Assembly: GCA_000004695.1 (NCBI GenBank)
Contig: CM000155.2
Coordinates: 1,888,001 to 1,952,000, forward strand
Reading direction: 5' to 3'
Length of the DNA stretch: 64,000 nucleotides
From: Dictyostelium discoideum
Lineage: Eukaryota
Shown here: positions 54,432 to 64,000 of the stretch, piece by piece
Numbering within the stretch: the stretch's first letter is position 1
How the letters are laid out: each line of letters opens with the position of its first letter
Made by a program: the position numbers and the translations under genes
The notes under the pieces: model-generated
What the model was told of the DNA's origin: nothing
Seen by the model: only the letters and a program-made list of their open reading frames with translations
Database searches by the model: none

Positions 54432-54592
54432 ATGATGTTATATAAAGATATTAAATATTCAATAAATTCATGGATAACCCCCAGGGTTTTAGTTATATCC
54501 TCCCCCCCCGGATCAAAAATATTTCAAAGATTTGGTAATAATACTTCCTTAGAACAAGTTTTTTTTCCATATTTTTTAAAAAAAAAAAAAGG

Positions 54593-54642
<50 letters not shown>

Positions 54643-55468
54643 GAAAATCATTATATACTAATAAAAAATTCACTATTTTTTTATTAAATAAATAAAAGTT
54701 AATATAAAAGTAAATGATTCATCATATGAATTAAATGATTTTAAAGTTAATTTTGTAACATTAAAAGATTATGAACAACAAATTCAATCACAAATATTAA
54801 AAGATACATCATCATCAATAGATTCATTAACGACTGATGAATATCATCCAAATTTTAAATTAAGAACAAAACAAGATGTACCTTATTTTCAAAAGAGTAA
54901 GTAATAATAATTAAAACGACTACATTTTTATATATAGAAAAGTAGAAAAAAAAAAATTAATATATTAAATTAATATAATTATTATTATTAGTTTGTCAAG
55001 AACCAACACCATGGTTTGAAAAATATAGACATCAATTTATAAAATCATTACATAATTTAGATTTAGAAACATTTACACATCCAATTGCAGTTATATTAGC
55101 AGTATCATCAGAGGATTCAAATCCAATTGGTACTTTGGTTAAAATGTTTGAAAAACCACCACCAATCTTTCAACAATTAGGTATTGAAGTAACTAATATT
55201 CCAAAGATATATATGTTAATTCATCCAGATAATGCTCATACAGAGAGTGAAAAGAGATTAAATGAAATGAAAACAACTTTTAATACAAGTACTTCTTATC
55301 TTTTAAGAGTTAATACAAAAGAGGATCTTTGTGGTTTAGCTTTCGATCATTCAACTTCTCATTTAAATCCTTTAACAAATATTATAAATGGTATACTTTC
55401 AAAAGATATTCCAACTTATTTTGAAAAAGAAATTGGTGGTTTAAATGATAGTGTATGTAAATTTAATA

Positions 55469-55503
<35 letters not shown>

Positions 55504-58500
55504 AAAATTAATAATATATTTTTATTTTTTTATTTTTTTATTTTTTTTAAAAAAAATAGATTGCAACAAATAAAAAAAGTTTCTTTTCAAAAGTTAAAGC
55601 ATTTAGATTTGGTGGTAAAAAGACAGAAGAACCAACAGAAACTGAAAATCCAAAGAATTCAGTATCAGTTGAACAATCAATTAGAAAAGTTGCAGATCTT
55701 TATTTCCTTTTACAAGATTATGAAAATGCATTATCAAATTATAAAACTTATGCAAAAGAATTTAATAGTGATAAATCACCTGGTTTTTTTGCTGCTGCAA
55801 ATGTTTGTATTTAATAATTATTAATTATTAATTTATAATAATAATATATTTATTAATTTTTTTTTTTTTTTTTTTTAAAAACTTTTTTAAAAGGAAATGA
55901 TTGGTTTATGTAATTATATGATTAATAAAGAATGTGAATCATATTTTGAAATTTCATATAATAATTATATAAAGAGTGGATTAATTCATTGTGCAGCAAG
56001 AGTTACATTAATACATGGTTATATAATGAAAAAGAAATCGAATTTTAAAGGATTATCAGATTTATTTAAGACAACAGCAGAACTTAGAGATATTGATCCA
56101 TTTTGTTCAGCGATTTTATGGGAACAAGCAGGTTTTGCATTATTACAAACGGCACCATCACCAATGTTTAGAAAAGCAACCATGAGAATTGTAATGGCAG
56201 GTGATAAATATTCAGAGGCATCAAAGAGAAAGCATGCATTGAGATGTTATAGTTTTTCATATTCAGTATATGAGAGTAGAGATTGGAATTTAATAGATGA
56301 TCATCTTCATCTATCATTGGTACGTTATTCATTTTTCCAAGGTCATACATCGGATGCCATCCTATTTGTAAATAAATTATTGGAGAAGAATTGCCAATCC
56401 TTTCAAAAACAAAATTCAATCATACGTGAATTCCTTTACATTAGTAAAACCTATACAAAAGATAACTATATAGGTGAATTACCAATACCATCGATTAATA
56501 ATGAATCAATCTCTGTTCATTTAAATGATTATTCACCCGATGGTAGTCAATCGGTTTGGCAAGAAATGGAAGAAGCATTTAAAAAAGAAGCTCAAATCAC
56601 TTCGAAACCTCAATTACAAGGTTTTGATCTTTGGAAACGTGATCTTTATTTTGAAGCTGAAAAAGAAAGAACTGCAGTCGTTGAAGAACAAATTACAATT
56701 GAAGTTGAAATTAAAAATCCACTTCAAATTCCATTACAATTTAATCGTGTTCATTTAGTTGCGACTTTTAAAGAATTATCAACAACAACAACAACAACTA
56801 CAACTGGTGGTGCTGGTGGTGGTGATTCAACTTCAACTTCAACAACAACAACAACTCAAACTGAATTACCAAAAGAAGAATCAAATATGTCACCATTAGA
56901 TGATTTAGCAATGAATAAAATGAATAATGGATTATTACCATTTAAAGTTGAACCAATTGATATTTTATTATTACCAAGTGAAACTAAAAAAATTGTTTTT
57001 TCAATTCAACCATTAAGACCAGGTAATTTAACAGTTAAAGGTTTAGGATTATGCATGTGTGGTGCAATTTGGGGTAAACGTGAATTTAAATTAAAGAATA
57101 AACGTTTAAATAAAACTAGACAACAAAGAGAATCCATTGTCTATGAACCAAATCTTTCAACCACTTTTCGTGTCACTTGTCCAATGCCACGTTTAGAAGC
57201 ACAATTTGTAGATTTCCCAGAATCACTCTATCATGGCGAGTTAAGACAATTGAAATTGGTACTAAAGAATTGTTCCAATAAAATGGGTTTAAAGAATGTA
57301 CGTGTTCGTCTTAGTCATCCAACTGCAATTTGTTTTGGTAGTAATAGTGATGATGCATCATGTATAAAGAAATTGGATCAATCTGTATTTTTAGATGTAG
57401 CATTACCACCAAATGCCACTGTAAACGTTCCATGTTGGGTTAGAGGTATGACTGTTGGTAGACATACATTACGTTGTTTGGTTTACTATGAATCTGAGGC
57501 TGGTAATACCGATTTAAAATATCGTTTAGCAAGATGTCAAACTCAATTTGATGTACGTCCTTCCATTAGAATCTCTTCTTTATCACAACAAAGTTCAACC
57601 AATTTAAACGCTTATCTATTGGGTGTTGAAGTTGATAATCCAATCATTGGTGGTGCTGGTGATAGTTTTCATATTAAACAAATCTCTTCAATTAGTAAAC
57701 ATTGGAAAATTCAACCACTTAGTTATTCAACTGATGTACCAACACCATCAATTGTTTCCTTAAATCCTGGTAAATTTACAAATCTTTTCTTTAGAATTAT
57801 ACCTTCAACAAATATTAGTGGTGGTGGTGAAGGTATTATTGAAAATAAAAATGATGAAATTTCAATTACAAATATTAGTTTTTATAAAAATGAACCAATG
57901 TATGATTCTTCATCTTTTCCAACTTTTCATTTTTTAGAATATGAAAAATTAACAATTGATCAATTACAATTGCAACAACAACAACAACAGCAACAATTAC
58001 AACAACAACAAATACAACAACAACAACAATCACAATTAAATCAATCAACTAATAATAATATGAAACAATCAACAAGTAATAGTCAATTAAATTTATTATC
58101 AAATAATAGAGATATTATTGATAATTCATTAAATGATAATCATCCAAATCATATTGATTTATTAATTTATTGGGAATGTGATAATAATAATAGAATGGGT
58201 GTTTTAAATTCATCAAATATTTCATTCTTACCAACTCATTACAATGATCCATCTTTAGCAATACCTTGGGGATCTTGGAAAAATACAACTTCACCCTCTG
58301 GAAAGAGTATACTGTATCCATCACTTAAGCTACCATTAAGATATCAAATTAAATCTGATCTCTTGATTAAACATAACTTTGAAAAGGAAAGACTTTGTAC
58401 TGTACCATTAAAGTTACAACTTTCAAATTGTTCATTCATTCATCCACTCTGTCTTTCAGTTGAAACTTTATTACCTCATGAAAATATCGATCAAACTTCT

Positions 58501-58716
58501 CATTCAACTTGTCAATACTTTTGGACTGGTATAACAAAATATAATATCGAATTGAAACCTCAAGAAATTATCAATGTTGATTTACATGTTTGTTTTGCTC
58601 AATCTGGTGTATTTAATATAAATCGATTTAAAATTAATGTAAAATTATCAAATGAAATTCATAAAGAAATTTATTCAACAATTCAACATTTAATAAATAT
58701 TGAATCAATTAATTAA
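54432..58716 (+). CDS. TRAPP complex subunit 8 (TRAPPC8/Trs85) homologue; exons 54432..54591, 54699(or 54711)..54896, 54992..55452, 55560..55802, 55894..58716
   Basis: PTPWFEKYRHQF (human TTPWFESYRETF), TSYLLRVNTKED (GCYLLKINSRTS), RKVADLYFLLQDYENALSNYKTYAKEF (RKMADLCFLVQHYDLAYSCYHTAKKDF), FFAAAN|EMIGLC (LYAAGALEMAAV), RIVMAGDKYSEASKRKHALRCYSFSYSVYESRDW (HMILAGHRFSKAGQKKHALRCYCQAMQVYKGKGW) and ISSISKHWKIQ (VSSSSKHWKLQ). Donors AAG|GTTTGT, a|GTAAGT, agt|GTATGT and aat|GTTTGT; the phases agree. Exon 1 and the second acceptor are the least certain. ORF 55561..55824 is the wrong frame of exon 4. Confidence 0.8.
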
Positions 58717-58829
58717 ATAAAATAAACTAAAATAAAATAAAATAATAAATATATATAAACAAATTAAATTAAAAAAATATATATAAACCTTTTTTTTTTT
58801 TTTTTTTTTTTTTTTATTAAAAAAATATT

Positions 58830-58976
58830 TTAAGTATTAAAATCCATTAATTGAATATTTATATTTTTTATTGATTTAAATAAAATAATTAAATTTCCAA
58901 ATTCAAATGATAAATTACAAATACTTTTATTTGAATTTAAAATATTATTATCATTATTTGAATTAAGTTTTTCATG

Positions 58977-59011
<35 letters not shown>

Positions 59012-59477
59012 AAAATGATTCAATTTTAAAAATTATTTGATTATTTATTGATTGTTTTTGCACAATTTTTAAAATATTTGGATTTTGACAATTCCTTTTT
59101 AAAGTTTTATATATGTTTTCTAAAATATCGACCAATACTAGACCAAACATATCTTTTAGCTTTTTTGGTAATAAGTTAAAGTATATATTTTTTAAAGATA
59201 TTTCATCAATGGACCAATCATTTTTTGAGGATATAATTTCTTTTATATCATTCAATTTATTTCCAATTTTTTCTATATTTATTTCAATATTATTTTTTGT
59301 TTCTTTTGAAAAATATTCATTGTTTGTCAAATAAAATAAATTATGATTATTATATTTATAATTATTTTTAAATTGTTTATTTTCAATATCTTTATTGATT
59401 TTTAAATCATTTTTATTTTCTATTTTAAGACTATTTTCAATTAATTGTAAATTGGTTTTTAATTGATTTTCTTTCAT
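58830..59477 (-). CDS. hypothetical coiled-coil protein (215 aa) with poly-Asp tract
   Basis: ATG-initiated minus-strand ORF, K/N/E-rich, with a D13 run. No domain recognised. Confidence 0.4.
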
Positions 59478-60216
59478 AATTCTATATATTTATTTTTTTT
59501 AAATAACTAATTAATTATTTTTTATTTTTTTTTTTAAAAAAATTATTAAAATTTAATAATAAATAATCTTACCTCATTGCAATTAATGACATTTTTTTTT
59601 TTTTGGTTATTTTTATTAAAAAAAAAAAAAAAAAAATTAAAAATTTAAATCATTTTATTTATTAAAAAAAATTAAAAAAAAATTGGAAATAAATTGAATG
59701 ATATAAACAAGAAAAAATGAAAAAATATCGAAAATTTTTGGAAAAAGAAAAAAAAAATTTGGTAAAAATAATTTTTTTTTTGATTTTCTCTTAATATCAA
59801 ATAAAAAATTATATAAAAATAAATCAAACTGATTGGCAGATTGGGATAAATAAAAAATAATTAATAATAAATAAAAATAGATAAATAAAAAAATAAAAAA
59901 ATTATAAATTAATTATTTTTTTATTTAAAAAAAAAATAAATTTTATTTGTTTTCTTTTTTATTATTAATTTAAATTAAGAGAAGAAATTAAAAGTTTTTT
60001 TTTAAAAAAATTATGCATCTAATAAAAAAATATACACTAGTTCTGGAATACAGTATATTTTGCAGGTTAGTTTTGTTAATTTTATTATTTGTTTGGTAAA
60101 GTCATTTGGGTCTTAAAAATTACCTGGGTCTTTTTTAAAAAAAAGTTACAGTTTATTCACTTTTTAATAATTAGGAATCGAACCCTTGATCTATAAATAA
60201 TTTTAATTTAAATATT

Positions 60217-60288
60217 TAGCTTCTCTAGGTTTCGATCCTAGGACCTCGAGGTTATGGGCCTCGCACTCTACCCCTGAGTTAAGAAGCT
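60217..60288 (-). tRNA. initiator tRNA-Met (anticodon CAT)
   Basis: Minus strand AGCTTCT-UA-ACTC/GAGT D-arm-G-CGAGG-CCCAUAA-CCTCG-AGGTC-CTAGG-AUCGAAA-CCTAG-AGAAGCT-A. It has the A1:U72 pair, C33, the CCCAUAACC anticodon region and the AUCGAAA T-loop (A54, A60) typical of eukaryotic cytoplasmic initiator tRNAs. Confidence 0.85.
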
Positions 60289-60416
60289 GTCGATACAAGC
60301 TAGTTGAACCGTATGATTTTAAATAATTTGGATATACAATCACTACCATAAAAAAACTTTTTAAATAATATTACAAATAATAAAAATTACTCATTATTAA
60401 CTTGACTCATAGGTCT

Positions 60417-60458
60417 CCCACTCTGAGTTAAGAAGCTGTCGATACAGGCTTGTTGAAC
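60417..60458 (-). repeat. partial duplicate of the initiator tRNA 5' end (about 25 nt) plus 22 nt of its 5' flank
   Basis: cccactctgagttaagaagctgtcgatacaggcttgttgaac versus 60264..60310 cactctacccctgagttaagaagctgtcgatacaagctagttgaac. One 4-nt deletion and a few mismatches. Confidence 0.7.
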
Positions 60459-60920
60459 ATGATATCTCTTCAGAGAAAATATAATCACCACCCAAATATA
60501 AGGAAGCTATGCTTGTAAAAAAATAAAAAAAAAAAAAAAAAAAAAAGTTATCCATATTCAATTTAAAAAAAAAAAATAAAAAATAAAAAAATAAAAATTA
60601 CCCTTTTGGTTTTAACACATTCCATTTTATGACAAGTAATTGAAGTTTTTTTTTATTTTTTATTTTTATTGTAATAGATTTCAAAGTGATTACAATTGAT
60701 CAACAATTTCAATTTATTCTAATTTGATTTATTAAATAGTATAATAACATTATATTTTTAAAACATACTTTTTAATTCAAATAATAAAAATAAATTAATT
60801 AGTTTTTTTTTTATTTAATATATATTATTATAAGAATAATCCAATAAAATAATATCATGTATAAATAAATCAATTTTTTAAAATTTAGTATATGACTAAA
60901 AAAAATATTTTTTAATTTAA

Positions 60921-61050
60921 TTATTGTGAAAAACATTCAAGTTTGAGCACTTTTCAAAATTTGAAAATTATACATAATTTTATATGGGCTCCCATATAAA
61001 AATATTTTAAATTACAAAAAGTGCACAAATTTGAATGGTTTTCACAATAA
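60921..61050. repeat. 130-bp imperfect inverted repeat (34-bp arms) around an 18-bp palindrome, about 150 bp upstream of the Dus3 start
   Basis: Left arm ttattgtgaaaaacattcaagtttgagcactttt (60921..60954). Right arm aaaagtgcacaaatttgaatggttttcacaataa (61017..61050), which is the reverse complement with 4 mismatches. Centre tatatgggctcccatata (60981..60998). Confidence 0.8.
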
Positions 61051-61202
61051 AAATAAAAAAAAAATTGAAAAAAAAATTATTTTTAAAAAAAATAAAATAT
61101 AAAAAATAAAAAATAAAAAAAAAAAATAAAAAAAATTAAAAAAAAAATGAAAAAGTTAAAAATTGAGAAAAATAATTTATTTCGGTCATTTTCGAATTTG
61201 AA

Positions 61203-61591
61203 ATGGAATCAGTAGAAACCACCACTCCCTCTAATTCAGAGATAAAATCTGTTGAAACTATTGTAGAGGAACAAAAAGTAAATGAAACCAATACAACATT
61301 AAACGCAGAAGTTGTTGAAACACCAACAAAAACTGAAGAAAAATCAAAAACCGAAATAACCAATGAAAATAAAGAAAGAAGTAGAGGATTAGAAGCTAAA
61401 ATTAAACCAGAATTTGTTTTACCTTTTAAAAAAATTGAAAAAGTTGAAGTTGATAAAGCTGCTAAAAAAAAAGAATTTAGAAATCAATTAAGAGAATCAA
61501 TGAATGATAAAGTAAGTAAAAAATAATAAAAAAATAATAATAATATATAATATATAATAATAATATATCATAATATAATTTTAATATTTAT

Positions 61592-61633
<42 letters not shown>

Positions 61634-63338
61634 ATGTCCAAAGATTAGTAAAGGATTAGTATGTGAATTTAATGAAACATGTAAATTTAGTCATGATGTT
61701 GAAAAATATTTAGCAAGTAAACCAAAATCAATTGGAATTTGTCAAAACTTTCAAACCTATGGAGAATGTAAATATGGATTAAATTGTTACTTTGGAGAAT
61801 GTCATATCGTTGATAATAAAACCATTGTAAACAAAGAATTAATTGGTAAAGTTGAACCAGTAAAAACTTTAAATGAAGTTTCAAATGAAATTCAAATTCA
61901 ATTAAAAACTAATAATTATCCATTCCCAAAGAGTGAAATTTATTTTAATGAAAATGGTATTTCTGTTAGACAAATTAAAGGTAGAAATAATAATAATAAT
62001 AAAAATAATAATAAACAAAATGATAATAAAAGAAAAGAAAATGAAAAAGATGATGATGATGATAAATTAAATAAAAAAATTAAGTTAGAAAATGAAAATA
62101 CTACAACAACAACTACTACTACTACTACTACAACAACTGAAACAACAGAAAAAACAGAAAAAACAGAAAAAACAGAAAAAACAGAAACAACAGAAACAAA
62201 AAAAGAAGAATTTAAACAAAGCAATGAAAATACAGAAATTGATATAATGACACCATTAAAAGCAAATGAGAAGAAAAGAATTAATTTTGAAAATCAATTA
62301 ATTTTAGCACCATTAACAACAGTTGGTAATTTACCATTTAGAAGAATTTGTAAGAGATTAGGTGCAGATATTACAATTGGTGAGATGGCATTAACAACCA
62401 AATTATTGGAAGGTACAAAATCAGAATTAGCATTATTAAAGAGACATCCATGTGAAGATAAATTTGGTGTTCAAATTTGTGGATCCTATGTTGACGCAGC
62501 TGTTAAATGTGCAGAGTTTATTGAGAATGAAATCGATGCTGATTTCGTTGATATTAATTCAGGTTGTCCAATTGATTTAGTTTGTAATATGGGTGCAGGT
62601 GCAGCATTAATGGAGAGACCTAAAAAGGTTGAACAATTGCTTAGAGGTATTTCAAGTAGTTTGTCATGTCCAACCACAATTAAAATAAGAATTGGTAAAT
62701 CAGAGGATGCCCCAACCGCTCATAAATTAATTCCATCACTTGGTGAATGGGGTGCTTGTGCAGTCACTTTACATGGTCGTAGTAGAGCACAAAGATATAG
62801 TCGTCTTGCAAATTGGGATTATGTTAAACAATGTTCAGAGGTTTCTTCAATTCCTTTGATTGGTAATGGCGACATTTACAACTATCAAGATGTTGTAAAC
62901 ATTTACGATAGTTCAAAGGTCTCCTCAATCATGATTGCCAGAGGTGCACTCATTAAACCTTGGATTTTCACAGAAATTAAAGAAAAGAGAGAATGGGATA
63001 TCTCTGCCTCTGAAAGATTGGATTTCATTCGTGACTTTGCAAATTATGGTTTAGATCATTGGGGTTCCGATAGAATCGGTGTTGATAATACTAGAAAATT
63101 CCTTTTAAATTGGTTATCTTTCTCTCATCGTTATATTCCAGTTGGTTTATTAGATAAAGTTCACTATATGAATGAAAGACCTCCAGCTTATTTCGGTCGT
63201 TCAGATTTAGAAACTTTATTAGCTTCCACTCAAGTTAAAGATTGGATTAAAATTACTGAAATGTTTTTAGGTCCTGTAACTTCTGATTATAGTTTTGTAC
63301 CAAAGCATAATTCAAATTCTTATGAATCTCAAGGTTAA
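61203..63338 (+). CDS. tRNA-dihydrouridine(47) synthase Dus3-like (CCCH zinc fingers + DUS TIM-barrel); exons 61203..61511 and 61632..63338
   Basis: Exon 1 (acidic and K-rich) ends ...MNDK|GTAAGT. Exon 2 starts at the aaaaag| acceptor with [23 protein letters not shown] and [22 protein letters not shown] (two CCCH-type fingers), then the catalytic domain [31 protein letters not shown]...[10 protein letters not shown]...[10 protein letters not shown]. The ORF at 62247 is the in-frame continuation. Confidence 0.85.
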
Positions 63339-63724
63339 ATAATAAAAAAAAAAAAAAATTAAAAAAAAAAAAAATTAAAAAAAATAGATAATATATTTTT
63401 ATTTTTTATTTTTTTATTTTTATTTATTTATATTAAATATAAAATTTATTTGATTACTGTTAATGAAATCTGTAAAGACTTATCAAAAATGAAAAAAATA
63501 GAGTTATAAAAAATATAAAGATTTAATGTGATTGTCAATTACAGGTAATAAAGAATCATAACTAAATGAGAATTTGAAGAAAATAGGTGGAAAGATGGAA
63601 TTACAAATCCTTAAATACCCAATTTTACATTGAGAGATGGTGGCTTTAAAAATAATCCAAAATTTGAGATTTTTTTAACAACACCACCCAATCATTAATA
63701 TTATTTTTAAAAATTTTAATTTTG

Positions 63725-63760
<36 letters not shown>

Positions 63761-64000
63761 ATATATTTCATTTTTAATTTATAAATTTTGTTTTTCATTG
63801 AATATTAGTGAGTATTTTAAATTAATATATATATATATATATATTTTTTTTTTATATTACACCTAAAACTAATTTTATTGAAACCACTTTCTTTTTTAAA
63901 ATATATAGAATCAGCAAAAGAATAAATGTCATGGATGAAGATTATTGCTCAAATTGGTCATTTTGGTTTAACTGAGTTGGGGCTTTAATTTCAATTGGAA

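Noticed and set aside
55561-55824. ORF 55561..55824 (+), 87 aa
   Set aside because: Wrong reading frame of TRAPPC8 exon 4. The correct frame aligns with human TRAPPC8 (RKVADLYFLLQDYENALSNYKTYAKEF).

Overview
The window is eukaryotic and looks like Dictyostelium discoideum nuclear DNA. It is about 78% A+T, with very long homopolymer runs and trinucleotide repeats. Introns are short and AT-rich, starting GTAAGT/GTATGT and ending in AG. Proteins carry poly-Asn/Gln/Thr tracts, and several Dictyostelium-specific families are present (discoidin, FNIP-repeat proteins, TRE5-type retroelements, tRNA genes with external B boxes). The ORF-track 'M' residues are often TTG codons, not ATG, so several listed N-termini are artefacts. 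I see no bacterial or phage gene organisation and no CRISPR array. The claim of a new prokaryote-style system is not supported by what I can read.

What is here:
- About 30 protein-coding genes, most with 1-4 short introns that I resolved by hand. Recognisable products: aldo-keto reductase; MIT-domain protein; 3-hydroxyisobutyrate dehydrogenase; an RBR (RING1-IBR-RING2) E3 ubiquitin ligase with a C-terminal transmembrane anchor; a short TMEM135-like membrane protein; discoidin II; a SAP-domain/CCDC12(Cwf18) fusion; two paralogous Myb/SANT proteins; a class II (B12-type) ribonucleotide reductase; a FNIP-repeat protein; a calponin-homology protein; phosphomevalonate kinase; an F-box protein; a Bub1/BubR1 'MadBub' checkpoint protein; ATP12; CCDC93; TRAPPC8; Dus3.
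- Three tRNA genes: two inverted copies of tRNA-Gly(GCC), each with an external B box, and an initiator tRNA-Met.
- A non-autonomous TRE5-A-like retrotransposon remnant inserted about 47 bp upstream of one tRNA-Gly gene. The locus looks like the classical Dictyostelium arrangement of tRNA gene, external B box and retroelement.
- A tandemly duplicated, internally deleted pseudogene copy of a large gene.

Other points worth a second look: an unresolved 5' structure of the RBR ligase gene, an orphan zinc-ribbon coding segment, a probable pseudokinase signature in the Bub1 homologue, GC-rich islands that could be small RNAs, and a 130-bp hairpin upstream of Dus3. All functional calls are from motif reading and recall; no database searches were run.
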